Positions 52,649-61,262 of a stretch of 64,000 nt of DNA are shown piece by piece. Both the position numbers and the translations under genes were made by a program. The stretch lies in NCBI GenBank assembly GCA_963667565.1, contig OY763415.1, positions 640,001-704,000 of the forward strand. Reading direction: 5' to 3'. The notes under the pieces are model-generated. The model did not search any database. It was given only the letters and a program-made list of their open reading frames with translations, and was not told the origin of the DNA. The number at the start of each line of letters is the position of its first letter. Positions within the stretch are counted from its first letter, which is position 1. The stretch is from Acholeplasmataceae bacterium (GTDB taxonomy: Bacteria; Bacillota_I; Bacilli_A; Acholeplasmatales; Acholeplasmataceae).

Positions 52649-53501
52649 CCGTATTCCCTCCATATAATGTTTGATAAAGTAAGTCAAATGTTTCTTTTTC
52701 TTTTGTTGCACTTAATAAATAGATATCTACTTCTTCAAGTAACATATGAATCATCGTTAATAACCATTCATAATGTGTTTTATGTGCTGGTCTATAGATG
52801 TTTTCTAGCATATATTTGATTGCGCTTATATCATCTAATTTTTGTATGTTTGGATTTGTTGCTTGTTTTAAAAAGATAATCGCTTTAAGCGGTATTTCTA
52901 TGTGAGTACTCATTTTACTCTTTCCACTAAATGGCATCGAAGTTACCATAAACTGATGATCTTTATAAATCATTGGTTTATCATCGTTAATGACGATGAT
53001 TTGATCATTTAAATACTTTTGCCATAATGCACGTTGGGTGGATTTACCTGTACCGCTAGGTGCAGAAAAAATCATACCTTGATTTTGATAAGATATGGCT
53101 GATCCATGGATGGGTATATGATGAAATGCTAAAGTTACTTCCATAAATGCAATACCTGATAATATATAAGATTGCATATCTATATCTTTAACATATGTTG
53201 GGTCTATTTTAATAAATGCTTGTTTGTTTTGAAAATCAAATATAAGTGCTTCACAGATGATTTGATACGTTTGATCATGATAGTGATTAATCATCATGAA
53301 TTCATCGCATAAGTAAAAAGATTCAAGTCCTCTATACTTAAATGGTGTTGTTTCATCTTTTAAGATGTGCTCATATTTAATTTGTATATCGAACATCGCT
53401 TTTTCATTTGTTTCATACTGCTTAAGCGTATCCCCGAAATATGATTCATCAAAAAATGTGTATTTAATGACGACATTCCCAAACTTTAAATGCTTAACCA
53501 T
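52638..53501 (-). CDS. HPr-kinase-related P-loop kinase
   Basis: IHGSAI, FSAPSGTGKST, INDDKP and PFSG motifs. Confidence 0.85.
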   Translation of the reverse strand: MVKHLKFGNVVIKYTFFDESYFGDTLKQYETNEKAMFDIQIKYEHILKDETTPFKYRGLESFYLCDEFMMINHYHDQTYQIICEALIFDFQNKQAFIKIDPTYVKDIDMQSYILSGIAFMEVTLAFHHIPIHGSAISYQNQGMIFSAPSGTGKSTQRALWQKYLNDQIIVINDDKPMIYKDHQFMVTSMPFSGKSKMSTHIEIPLKAIIFLKQATNPNIQKLDDISAIKYMLENIYRPAHKTHYEWLLTMIHMLLEEVDIYLLSATKEKETFDLLYQTLYGGNTDEN

Positions 53502-53531
53502 TTGAATCACCCATTGCTCAAATATGACTTC

Positions 53532-53594
53532 ATTATAGCATTGATATACGTATTTCTAGTATTTTTTTCACTATTTTTATAAACATGCTAAAAT
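53532..53594. promoter_or_regulatory. Divergent extended -10 promoters for the kinase operon and the ABC exporter
   Basis: TGCTATAAT on the minus strand (53532-53540) and TGCTAAAAT on the plus strand (53586-53594). Confidence 0.55.
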
Positions 53595-53609
53595 AATCTT
53601 GGTGATCAT

Positions 53610-55220
53610 ATGTTTCAATTGAAGTTAATCAAAAAATATTTAAATGAAGTTAAACCTTATAGACAAAAGGTGATATGTTTATCAATCATAAGTGTGTTTG
53701 TGAGTGCGATTGCACTTATTTTCGCATTTTACTCAAAAGATTTAATTGATGAAGTGATGAATGGTAACATAAGACAATTTGTCTTTTTTGCAATTTTATT
53801 ATCCATATTACTTGTTTCAAATATGATCTTTCAAGCACTTCTTAGCTGGTTTCAAGCAACATACAGTAATGACGCACTCATCGTCTATAAATCTGAGCTT
53901 TACTCACATTTATTAAAAACCACGATTCCAGATATTCACGGATATCATAGTGGGACATTGATGAATCACTTAGAAGATGATTGTCAAATCGCATCAGATG
54001 GTCTTATCACAATCATTCCAAGATTTGTATTTCTTATAACAAGATTTTTAGGTGCATTTATACTTCTAGTCATCATTGAATATAGGTTTGCGTTAATCTT
54101 TTTAAGTTTAGGAATCATCTTAGTTCTTTTGAGTAGATGGATAGCACCTCACATTAGAAAACGTCATATTGCATTTCAACAAAAAAAAGATTTAGAGCGT
54201 AGTTTTACTCAAGAATCATTAGAAAACATTGAAGTGATTAAAAGTTTTCAAGCAGAGCAAAAAATGTCATTTACTCAACAATTAAAACAAACACATGTTA
54301 ATGATGCGTATATGCAAAAAACAAAACTTACCATATTATCGTCAAGTGGTATGAATCTATTTTTCGCATTTGGGTTTGGATTCGCTTTAATCTATGGAGG
54401 CTATCAATTACAATATGGATTAACGATTGGTTATTTGATTGCAATGATTGAGCTCATCCAGCATCTACAATCACCATTTTCTGGATTTGCACTCTTATAT
54501 CCTAAATATCAACAAACGCTTGCTTCAATCGAACGTATTGATGCATTAAAAAAATTATCCTTAGAATCACTAGAAACAAAGAACATCAAAAATTTTATGT
54601 CGCTTCATATAGATAATATTGAATTTTCATATCAACAAAAACCTATTTTTAATGACTTTTCATTAACCATCAATAAACATGAACTCATCTTAATCTCTGG
54701 TCCTTCAGGTATTGGTAAAACCACACTATTTAAATTACTTTTAGGATTTGAAAAACCACAAAAAGGTATGATCAAAGTTAAAGATGAAGATTATATGATA
54801 TCAATTGATGCTTCAACACGTTCACTTTTTAGTTATGTACCGCAAGATCATATGATACTATCTGGAACGTTAAAAGAAAACTTAAATCTTTATCATACCT
54901 ATGAAGATGATAAACTTATCCAAGTCTTAAAAGATGTTATGCTCTATGATGAAGTCATGAAGCATCCATTAAAACTTGATATGATGCTTAAAGAAAAAGG
55001 TCGAGGATTATCCATTGGACAAGTCCAAAGACTTGCTATTGCAAGAGCATTATTAAAAGATGCACCTATACTCCTACTTGATGAAGTGACATCAGCACTA
55101 GATGTAGAAACTGAAATGAGACTAATCAGTCATTTAAAATCACTAAAAAAGAAAACTGTCATCTTGATTACACATCACACTTTACCAGAAACATTATTTG
55201 ATCAACATATTAGACTATAA
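53610..55220 (+). CDS. ABC exporter (fused TM and ATPase domains)
   Basis: Six TM helices; GPSGIGKTT, YVPQ, LSIGQVQR, LLDE and ITH motifs. Confidence 0.92.
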   Translation: MFQLKLIKKYLNEVKPYRQKVICLSIISVFVSAIALIFAFYSKDLIDEVMNGNIRQFVFFAILLSILLVSNMIFQALLSWFQATYSNDALIVYKSELYSHLLKTTIPDIHGYHSGTLMNHLEDDCQIASDGLITIIPRFVFLITRFLGAFILLVIIEYRFALIFLSLGIILVLLSRWIAPHIRKRHIAFQQKKDLERSFTQESLENIEVIKSFQAEQKMSFTQQLKQTHVNDAYMQKTKLTILSSSGMNLFFAFGFGFALIYGGYQLQYGLTIGYLIAMIELIQHLQSPFSGFALLYPKYQQTLASIERIDALKKLSLESLETKNIKNFMSLHIDNIEFSYQQKPIFNDFSLTINKHELILISGPSGIGKTTLFKLLLGFEKPQKGMIKVKDEDYMISIDASTRSLFSYVPQDHMILSGTLKENLNLYHTYEDDKLIQVLKDVMLYDEVMKHPLKLDMMLKEKGRGLSIGQVQRLAIARALLKDAPILLLDEVTSALDVETEMRLISHLKSLKKKTVILITHHTLPETLFDQHIRL

Positions 55221-55275
55221 AAAAAGAAAGTGCCTTCTAAACGAAAACACCTTCCACCAGTAAAAACCGGATCTC
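55219..55275 (-). ncRNA. Candidate sRNA B (about 57 nt)
   Basis: TTGCAA-17-TATAAT promoter (55282-55310), a small hairpin, and a terminator with U7. G-U pairs form only on the minus strand. Confidence 0.55.
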
Positions 55276-55326
55276 AATTAAATTATAATCAATGATGCAT
55301 TATTTTGCAAGCATAAAAAAAAGCAT

Positions 55327-55446
55327 AAAAAAAGGATGTCAGCAATGGGGGAAACATCCTTTTTTTATAGGTTTTATATCACAACACATAGAGGGGGGTA
55401 TATGATATAAACAATTGGGGGTTACCAAAGAATTTCTCTTTGATAC
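55327..55446 (-). ncRNA. Candidate C-rich sRNA A (about 120 nt)
   Basis: Extended -10 TGTTACAAT (55451-55459), three hairpins, three C5-C6 runs and a terminator with U7. Confidence 0.7.
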
Positions 55447-55546
55447 GAACATTGTAACAAATATAATTCTATAAAAAAAGCCCTTTACTATCATTTGGAA
55501 CAAACGTAGATAAATCGGACTTTTTGTAGAATTATTTGGCTGTTTT

Positions 55547-55870
55547 TTACCAATTTTCATGAACAGATGGCTTAATAAGGGTGTCGTATACTTTCTTTAC
55601 TGCATCCAATTCTTCATTTGTGAGTGGTTTTAAATGTGCACTAGCTGCATTTTCATAGACATACTTCGCTTGACTTGCTCCAGGAATAACTGTAGAGACT
55701 GCATCAAACATTAAGATCCATCTAATCGCAATCTTCGTGAGTTCTTCTGTTTTAAAAATGTCTTTTAAAGCTTTAACTGCTTCTAGTCCTAAGTCATAGT
55801 CAACACCAGAGAAAGTCTCCCCTTTATCAAATTGTTCGCCATGACGATTTGTAGTTCTATGATAATTCAT
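55547..55870 (-). pseudogene. C-terminal remnant of an aldo/keto reductase
   Basis: HR..NRHGEQFDKGETFSG and AIRWIL..DAVSTVIPGA motifs; the catalytic N-terminal two-thirds is absent and there is no well-placed RBS. Confidence 0.75.
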
Positions 55871-55900
55871 GAAAAATAAAAAAACCTCAAAAGAGGTTTT

Positions 55901-56884
55901 CTACATCACATACATCCAAATGACACTCACGATGAATACGATCATGGCCATGACCCATGCTTTAGAAGGTAATCGCATGGTTCGATAATAAATAGCATAC
56001 CCGATATAAATGAGTATTCCAACAAAAATGTAAAACATGCGTTCAATCCCAACCATCGCTATAAAAGATGATAAGGTAATTGCATAAATTGGAATGAGCA
56101 CTTTATAACCAAGAAGACTATGTGACAAATCTTCAACATCTTCTAATTTTCTGTTTCTTTCAGTTTTATATACAAAAAAGATTGATAGAAATCCAAGTAA
56201 TGGATTTAAGAATAAAATAATATTTGTTAATATCATGTCACCTAAAGCATTATATACATGATTGATATGATAGATATCCTCCCCTGCTTGTGTTAAATAC
56301 TGTAGTGAACCAAACAGTCCTAAATAAACAAAATTAAGAGAAGATAAGAGAGAGTTTAAAAAACTAAATTCATAAATACTTAATACAATCACTAATATAG
56401 CTGGAATGAGTAAGACATGTCCAGCAATAAAGATTAAGCCATCTACGATTGAATGTGCACGACTGAATATGAATGTTGTATATGCATAAATACCAAGTGA
56501 TAAAAATGACATAAGTACATTTGCTAATATAAGTGTTGAATTTGGACTATAGCCATCAATTGATGCGATGAATAAACCAAATATGTGCACTAAATTGATG
56601 ATGGTTAATGCAATCATACCACTTAAAAGTTTTGATAAATAAAGTTCAAATCTAGTTAGTGGTAAGCTATAAAATAAATCTGTAGATCTTCTGTCCATCA
56701 TAAATTTAAACTGAGTCACAGTTAAAATCACAATGATAAAAGGTATAAATACAAATCCAGAAGCATAGAGTAAAGATACAATCGTTTGTCCATTAATGAT
56801 GAGTAGTAAAAGCTCTATTGCTGAAATGATTCCCGCGATTGGAAGTATTTGCTTAATCTCATATTTAAGTTGTTTTTTAAACAT
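55901..56884 (-). CDS. ABC-2 type permease
   Basis: Multi-TM; DLFYSLPLTR..LYLSK motif. Confidence 0.8.
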   Translation of the reverse strand: MFKKQLKYEIKQILPIAGIISAIELLLLIINGQTIVSLLYASGFVFIPFIIVILTVTQFKFMMDRRSTDLFYSLPLTRFELYLSKLLSGMIALTIINLVHIFGLFIASIDGYSPNSTLILANVLMSFLSLGIYAYTTFIFSRAHSIVDGLIFIAGHVLLIPAILVIVLSIYEFSFLNSLLSSLNFVYLGLFGSLQYLTQAGEDIYHINHVYNALGDMILTNIILFLNPLLGFLSIFFVYKTERNRKLEDVEDLSHSLLGYKVLIPIYAITLSSFIAMVGIERMFYIFVGILIYIGYAIYYRTMRLPSKAWVMAMIVFIVSVIWMYVM

Positions 56885-57758
56885 GATCAACACCTTCTTC
56901 CACTTCGATTAAAAATAAGGATTCAAAATCAATATCTAATTCTTCAATAAACATTGGATTTAATGCATTTAGATGTGCCAATATGTCATCTTTTTGTCCT
57001 TTAATGATCAGATGTGCAACACTCTTGTTTTGTTCATATTTTAAGATATTGAGATCTTTAAATAAAGATTGATCAAATGGGTGTTTAAAAGCAACCTGAT
57101 ATTGTCTGTATTGTTCCATGTCTTCAATTAAATGACCACTTAATTTCATATGATGTCCATCAAGTAATCCATATGTATCACAGATATCTTCTAATTCTCT
57201 AAGTGAATGTGATGCAATCACTATGGTGCTTTGATTGTTTGTCTTTAAATCAATTAATGCTCGCTTAAAGATGAGTCTTGCTTGTGGATCTAATCCATCG
57301 AATGCTTCATCTAAAATGAGATATTTTGGTTTAATTGCACAAGCGATACTAATAAAGAATCTTCTTCTCATGCCTTTTGAAAATTTATAAAGTGGCATGG
57401 AAAGTGATAAATTAAAGGTATTGATATATTTATGGAAAGTCTCTATATCAAAATCATATACATTTTGATATATTTCTTTAACATCGTCTCCATTCATTTT
57501 TTTAAAATAGTAGGGATCATCAGGTAAAAAGAAAATATCTTTTTTGACCTCTATTTGATCATAAACAACTTGATTATCAATTAAAATACTTCCTTCGTCA
57601 CTTTGATACACACCAGCAATTAGTCTAAGTAAAGTAGATTTACCTGCACCATTGATGCCAATCAAACCAAAGATGCTACCATCTTCAATTGTTAAATTAA
57701 TGTCATCTATGACTAAATTTTCATGAAATGACTTTCTCACATTTTCTATTTTAATCAT
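56877..57758 (-). CDS. ABC ATP-binding protein (YtrB-like)
   Basis: GINGAGKST, FSKGMRR, LDEAFDGLD and SH motifs. Confidence 0.92.
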   Translation of the reverse strand: MIKIENVRKSFHENLVIDDINLTIEDGSIFGLIGINGAGKSTLLRLIAGVYQSDEGSILIDNQVVYDQIEVKKDIFFLPDDPYYFKKMNGDDVKEIYQNVYDFDIETFHKYINTFNLSLSMPLYKFSKGMRRRFFISIACAIKPKYLILDEAFDGLDPQARLIFKRALIDLKTNNQSTIVIASHSLRELEDICDTYGLLDGHHMKLSGHLIEDMEQYRQYQVAFKHPFDQSLFKDLNILKYEQNKSVAHLIIKGQKDDILAHLNALNPMFIEELDIDFESLFLIEVEEGVDHV

Positions 57759-58095
57759 GTTCTTCCCCCTGATATATCTCATTGATGATTGCAATAAGTT
57801 CTTCTTTAGTCAGTTGATGTGTGATGGGTTTAATTACTTCTTTGATTGCTTTTATATTAATAGTGACACTCTTTTTTTTAACAAATGCACCTTTTTGTGC
57901 AATAATCTCAATATATCCTTGCGCTTCAAGCATTTGATATGAGCGACTTACTGTATTAGGATTAATTCCAAGTTCATATGCAAGTTCTCTAATGGATGGC
58001 ATCGCGTCACCTTCATTAAATAGACCTAATTCAATTTGTTGAATAAAATAGGAACATATCTCTAAATAGATTGGTTTGTCGTGTTTTAGTATCAT
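57751..58095 (-). CDS. GntR/YtrA-family regulator
   Basis: PIYLEI...PSIRELA..LGINPNTV.RSY..LE..G motif. Confidence 0.92.
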   Translation of the reverse strand: MILKHDKPIYLEICSYFIQQIELGLFNEGDAMPSIRELAYELGINPNTVSRSYQMLEAQGYIEIIAQKGAFVKKKSVTINIKAIKEVIKPITHQLTKEELIAIINEIYQGEEHD

Positions 58096-58108
58096 GTGTT
58101 AATCACCC

Positions 58109-58162
58109 TAACTGTATTAACTGTATTAATTTCATAATAATTTAAATATCGTTAAATGTCAA
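58109..58162 (-). promoter_or_regulatory. Promoter and putative YtrA operator repeats
   Basis: TTGACA-17-TATTAT (58134-58162) and tandem TAACTGTAT repeats at 58109-58129. Confidence 0.55.
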
Positions 58163-58284
58163 TATATATTAAAGATTTGTCTAAAAAACAGCATTAAAAA
58201 ACGCGTAAATATCATATAAATACATTTATTAAACATCAAGTTTATGTTACAATCTTAAACAAGAGGGGTAAAAAGGATGAGATT

Positions 58285-59376
58285 ATGATTAAGCTTGTTG
58301 AAACCATGGATGACCTAAAACAATTCGTTTTACTACCCAAATCATTATATCGTGGACATAAACATTATGTTTTCCCACTTTTTAGGATATTGCAAAAAGA
58401 ACTTAAAACACTTATTTTTGAAAAGAAAACTTATCAAGCCATATTGGCTTATAAAAATAATGAAGTTGTAGGAAGACTTTTATTCACATATGATATCAGT
58501 AAACATAAACAAAGCGAAGTTTGTTATTTTTCTATGCTAGATATGATCGATGATATAGAAGTGACTGCATCGCTTTTTGATTTTGTATATCAAGATATGA
58601 AACAAAAACACATCACCTATCTTGAAGGTACGTTTAGTCCATATGATCCTGATACAAGACGCGGTATTTTAATAAAAGGATATGATAGTGATCCCGCACT
58701 GTTTACAAGTTATCATGAACCCTATTATCAACAACATTTAGAATCTTTAGGTTTTTATAAAGCTTTTGATACACTCCTTTTAGATGGTGGAGATATCAAT
58801 TTAAAGAATGAACAACTCTTAAAACGATTATATGATTTTACAGTTGCATCCCAACAGATAAAAATTGATTACCTCAATATGAAAAAGATAGATAAAGAAA
58901 TTGATGATATTATGATTGTCTTAAATGAGGCACACAATGAGATCATTTATCAAGAACCGCCTACAAAAGAGATGTTATATACAGCATTTAAGCAAATGAA
59001 ATCATTTATTAATCCAAAATTTGTCACCATCGCAAGAGAAATCAAAACTCAAAAACCGATTGGGTTTGCGATGATATTACCTGATTTTAATCAAGTGATT
59101 AAAAAAACGAAGGGGAACATTTTTTTATTTCCGTTTGTAAACAAGCGAAAAATCACTCAAGCGATTGGTAAACTTCAATACATTGTTCCAAAATATCAGG
59201 ACAAAGGTGTCTTAGCAGCTATGTATTATAAAGAGATTGTACAACTAAGAAAATTTAAAATATCTTCTATCGAGATGGGTACCATTATGGAAGAGAATTA
59301 TAAATCATTTCATCACTTCTTAAGATTTGGTGGTAGCATCAAAAAAGTATATAGACTTTATGGAAAGGATATTTAA
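58285..59376 (+). CDS. YghO-like double-GNAT N-acyltransferase (paralog of 15795-16913)
   Basis: LKQFV.LP..LY...YVFPL, VGR, DMIDDIEVT, YHEPYY, GFA..LPD.N and EEN motifs. Confidence 0.7.
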   Translation: MIKLVETMDDLKQFVLLPKSLYRGHKHYVFPLFRILQKELKTLIFEKKTYQAILAYKNNEVVGRLLFTYDISKHKQSEVCYFSMLDMIDDIEVTASLFDFVYQDMKQKHITYLEGTFSPYDPDTRRGILIKGYDSDPALFTSYHEPYYQQHLESLGFYKAFDTLLLDGGDINLKNEQLLKRLYDFTVASQQIKIDYLNMKKIDKEIDDIMIVLNEAHNEIIYQEPPTKEMLYTAFKQMKSFINPKFVTIAREIKTQKPIGFAMILPDFNQVIKKTKGNIFLFPFVNKRKITQAIGKLQYIVPKYQDKGVLAAMYYKEIVQLRKFKISSIEMGTIMEENYKSFHHFLRFGGSIKKVYRLYGKDI

Positions 59377-59379
59377 ATC

Positions 59380-60564
59380 ATGATCGTTATCTTACTTCAA
59401 ATTATATCAATTATTTTAGTCCCACTTTTCATTTTAAAATATCAAAGATTTGTACTAACTAAATGGTTAGGAACCATTGGTACTGCCTATGTTCTTGGTA
59501 TGCTAGTTTCACTGATTTTATATTTATTTAATATTTCAGGCATTGCCATTTCACTTAATCAAGATGTTGGTGAAATCACATCACATGTAGCTATCACTTT
59601 AGCGATTCCACTACTCTTATTTGGTGCAAACATTAAAGCTGCCTCTAAATTATCAAAAACTGTTTTAATCTCATTTGGATCATTAATTTTATCTGCACTT
59701 ATTGTAGCAACCCTGGTTAATTACTTATTTGCAAACCAATATGAAAATGGATCAGTGATATCCGCCATGGCCATTGGGATGTACACAGGTGGTACACCAA
59801 ACTTTAATGCCATTGGTAAAATGTTCTTCTTAGATAATCAAATCATTGCTCTTGCTAATTTATCAGACATGATGATTGGTTCTATATTTTATTTATTCTT
59901 ATTAACACTTGCAAAACCATTCTTTAAACTATTCTTAAAAGAAACCAAAGATCATCATTATCAAAATGCTGAACTCAAAGTTGAAAACACTGATTCTTAT
60001 GATACTAAAGGTTTCAAATTCTCTAAAGATTTATTTAAAGCCATAGGTATTAGTTTTATTGGGGTTTTAATATCTGCAGTCTTAGGACTTGCTGTTTGGA
60101 TCATTTTAGGGATGGAGGATGGACGCATGAATGACTTTTTAGTGCCAATAATGCTCATTGGCGTCACTCTCTATGGCATTATCATTTCACTTAAATCTAA
60201 GATGCATGAAGTTAAATATACCAATGTATTAGGTCAATATATGATATTAGTTTTCTCATTTGCACTTGCTTCAAGTATTGATCTTACAAAAATAGGCTCT
60301 ACTTTAGTACCTACTTTGATCATTTTAGCTACGATCACACTTGGTACTGCGATACTCCATCTATTCATTTCATCTTTATTAAAAACTGATGTTGATTGTG
60401 CGATTATCACATTAACAGCAGGCATTTATGGTCCTGCGTTCATCCCAGCTGTAACAAAACAAATAAAAAATGAATCCTTAACTGTTCCTGGACTCATTAT
60501 TGGTTCTATCGGTTATGCAGTTGGTACATTCTTAGGTTACATTCTAGGCTTATTCTACTTATAA
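59380..60564 (+). CDS. DUF819-family membrane protein
   Basis: LAIPLLLF, GMYTGGTPNFNAI, AGIYGP and G.IGYAVGT motifs. Confidence 0.75.
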   Translation: MIVILLQIISIILVPLFILKYQRFVLTKWLGTIGTAYVLGMLVSLILYLFNISGIAISLNQDVGEITSHVAITLAIPLLLFGANIKAASKLSKTVLISFGSLILSALIVATLVNYLFANQYENGSVISAMAIGMYTGGTPNFNAIGKMFFLDNQIIALANLSDMMIGSIFYLFLLTLAKPFFKLFLKETKDHHYQNAELKVENTDSYDTKGFKFSKDLFKAIGISFIGVLISAVLGLAVWIILGMEDGRMNDFLVPIMLIGVTLYGIIISLKSKMHEVKYTNVLGQYMILVFSFALASSIDLTKIGSTLVPTLIILATITLGTAILHLFISSLLKTDVDCAIITLTAGIYGPAFIPAVTKQIKNESLTVPGLIIGSIGYAVGTFLGYILGLFYL

Positions 60565-60593
60565 ATATAAAACACCTTTTAAAAGGTGTTTTT

Positions 60594-61251
60594 TTATAGT
60601 TCATACCATATGCCTTCAGAGATAACTTTAATTTGATCTTTTACAACTGAGATCGCACTTTGATCATCAATCGCATATGCTTTTTGGTTTAATGTTTTCT
60701 TCCATTTTATCGCATTTTCTAATGTATTTTCTGGAAGCATTGGATGATTTAAGTGTGGAAAAATTGCGAAATCCACAGTACCTAAGGCTTCATCACCTTG
60801 CTCGAGTTTTTGCCAGTCTACAAAATCATCTCCAATGTGAGGTGCCATAATCATGGATCCTGCACTTAATCCTACATAGACAATGTCTTTATGTTTGATG
60901 TAATCATAAAATCCAGATGTTTTCATAAAATAATTTAATAGCATCGGATCACCACCGTTGACTAAGATAACATCTGCTTTATCGACTTGTATTATTCCAA
61001 ATTGAATCATCTATTGCATGTAATATAGACAATTCTAAAAGACCAACTGATTTAAAACCTAGCTCGCACATAGGTGTTTCACTTAGTCCACTGACAAATT
61101 CAAATGCACGTAAAAATCCTTCTTTTAGATGATAACTAGATGTTGTAATACAAATGGCGTGTGCATCTTCAATTTTTTTATTAAGCAATGTTAAAAGTTC
61201 ATTTTTGATACTTTCATTTTTTATCCCTGCAGATGTTAATAATAGTTTCAA
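60594..61251 (-). pseudogene. Peptidase E (S51 / GATase-1-like) split by a 1-nt frameshift near 60990-60996
   Basis: N-terminal half KLLLTSAG...LELS; C-terminal half VNGGD, VGLSAGS and FPH. The two ORFs overlap out of frame. Confidence 0.8.
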
Positions 61252-61262
61252 GTTGACCTCCA

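Noticed and set aside
50863..53501. Classical lasso peptide cluster
   Set aside because: The window has no asparagine-synthetase-like cyclase or transglutaminase-like B2 protease, and the peptide has no Thr for the usual -2 leader position.
55327..55446. Plus-strand protein-titrating (CsrB-like) RNA with G-rich loops
   Set aside because: The loops lack GGA repeats, and the G-U pairing and promoter favour the minus strand. Not fully excluded, because the terminator is bidirectional.
55339..55560. 73-aa ORF from the track
   Set aside because: It runs through two terminators and the sRNA hairpins, has no RBS and resembles no protein family.
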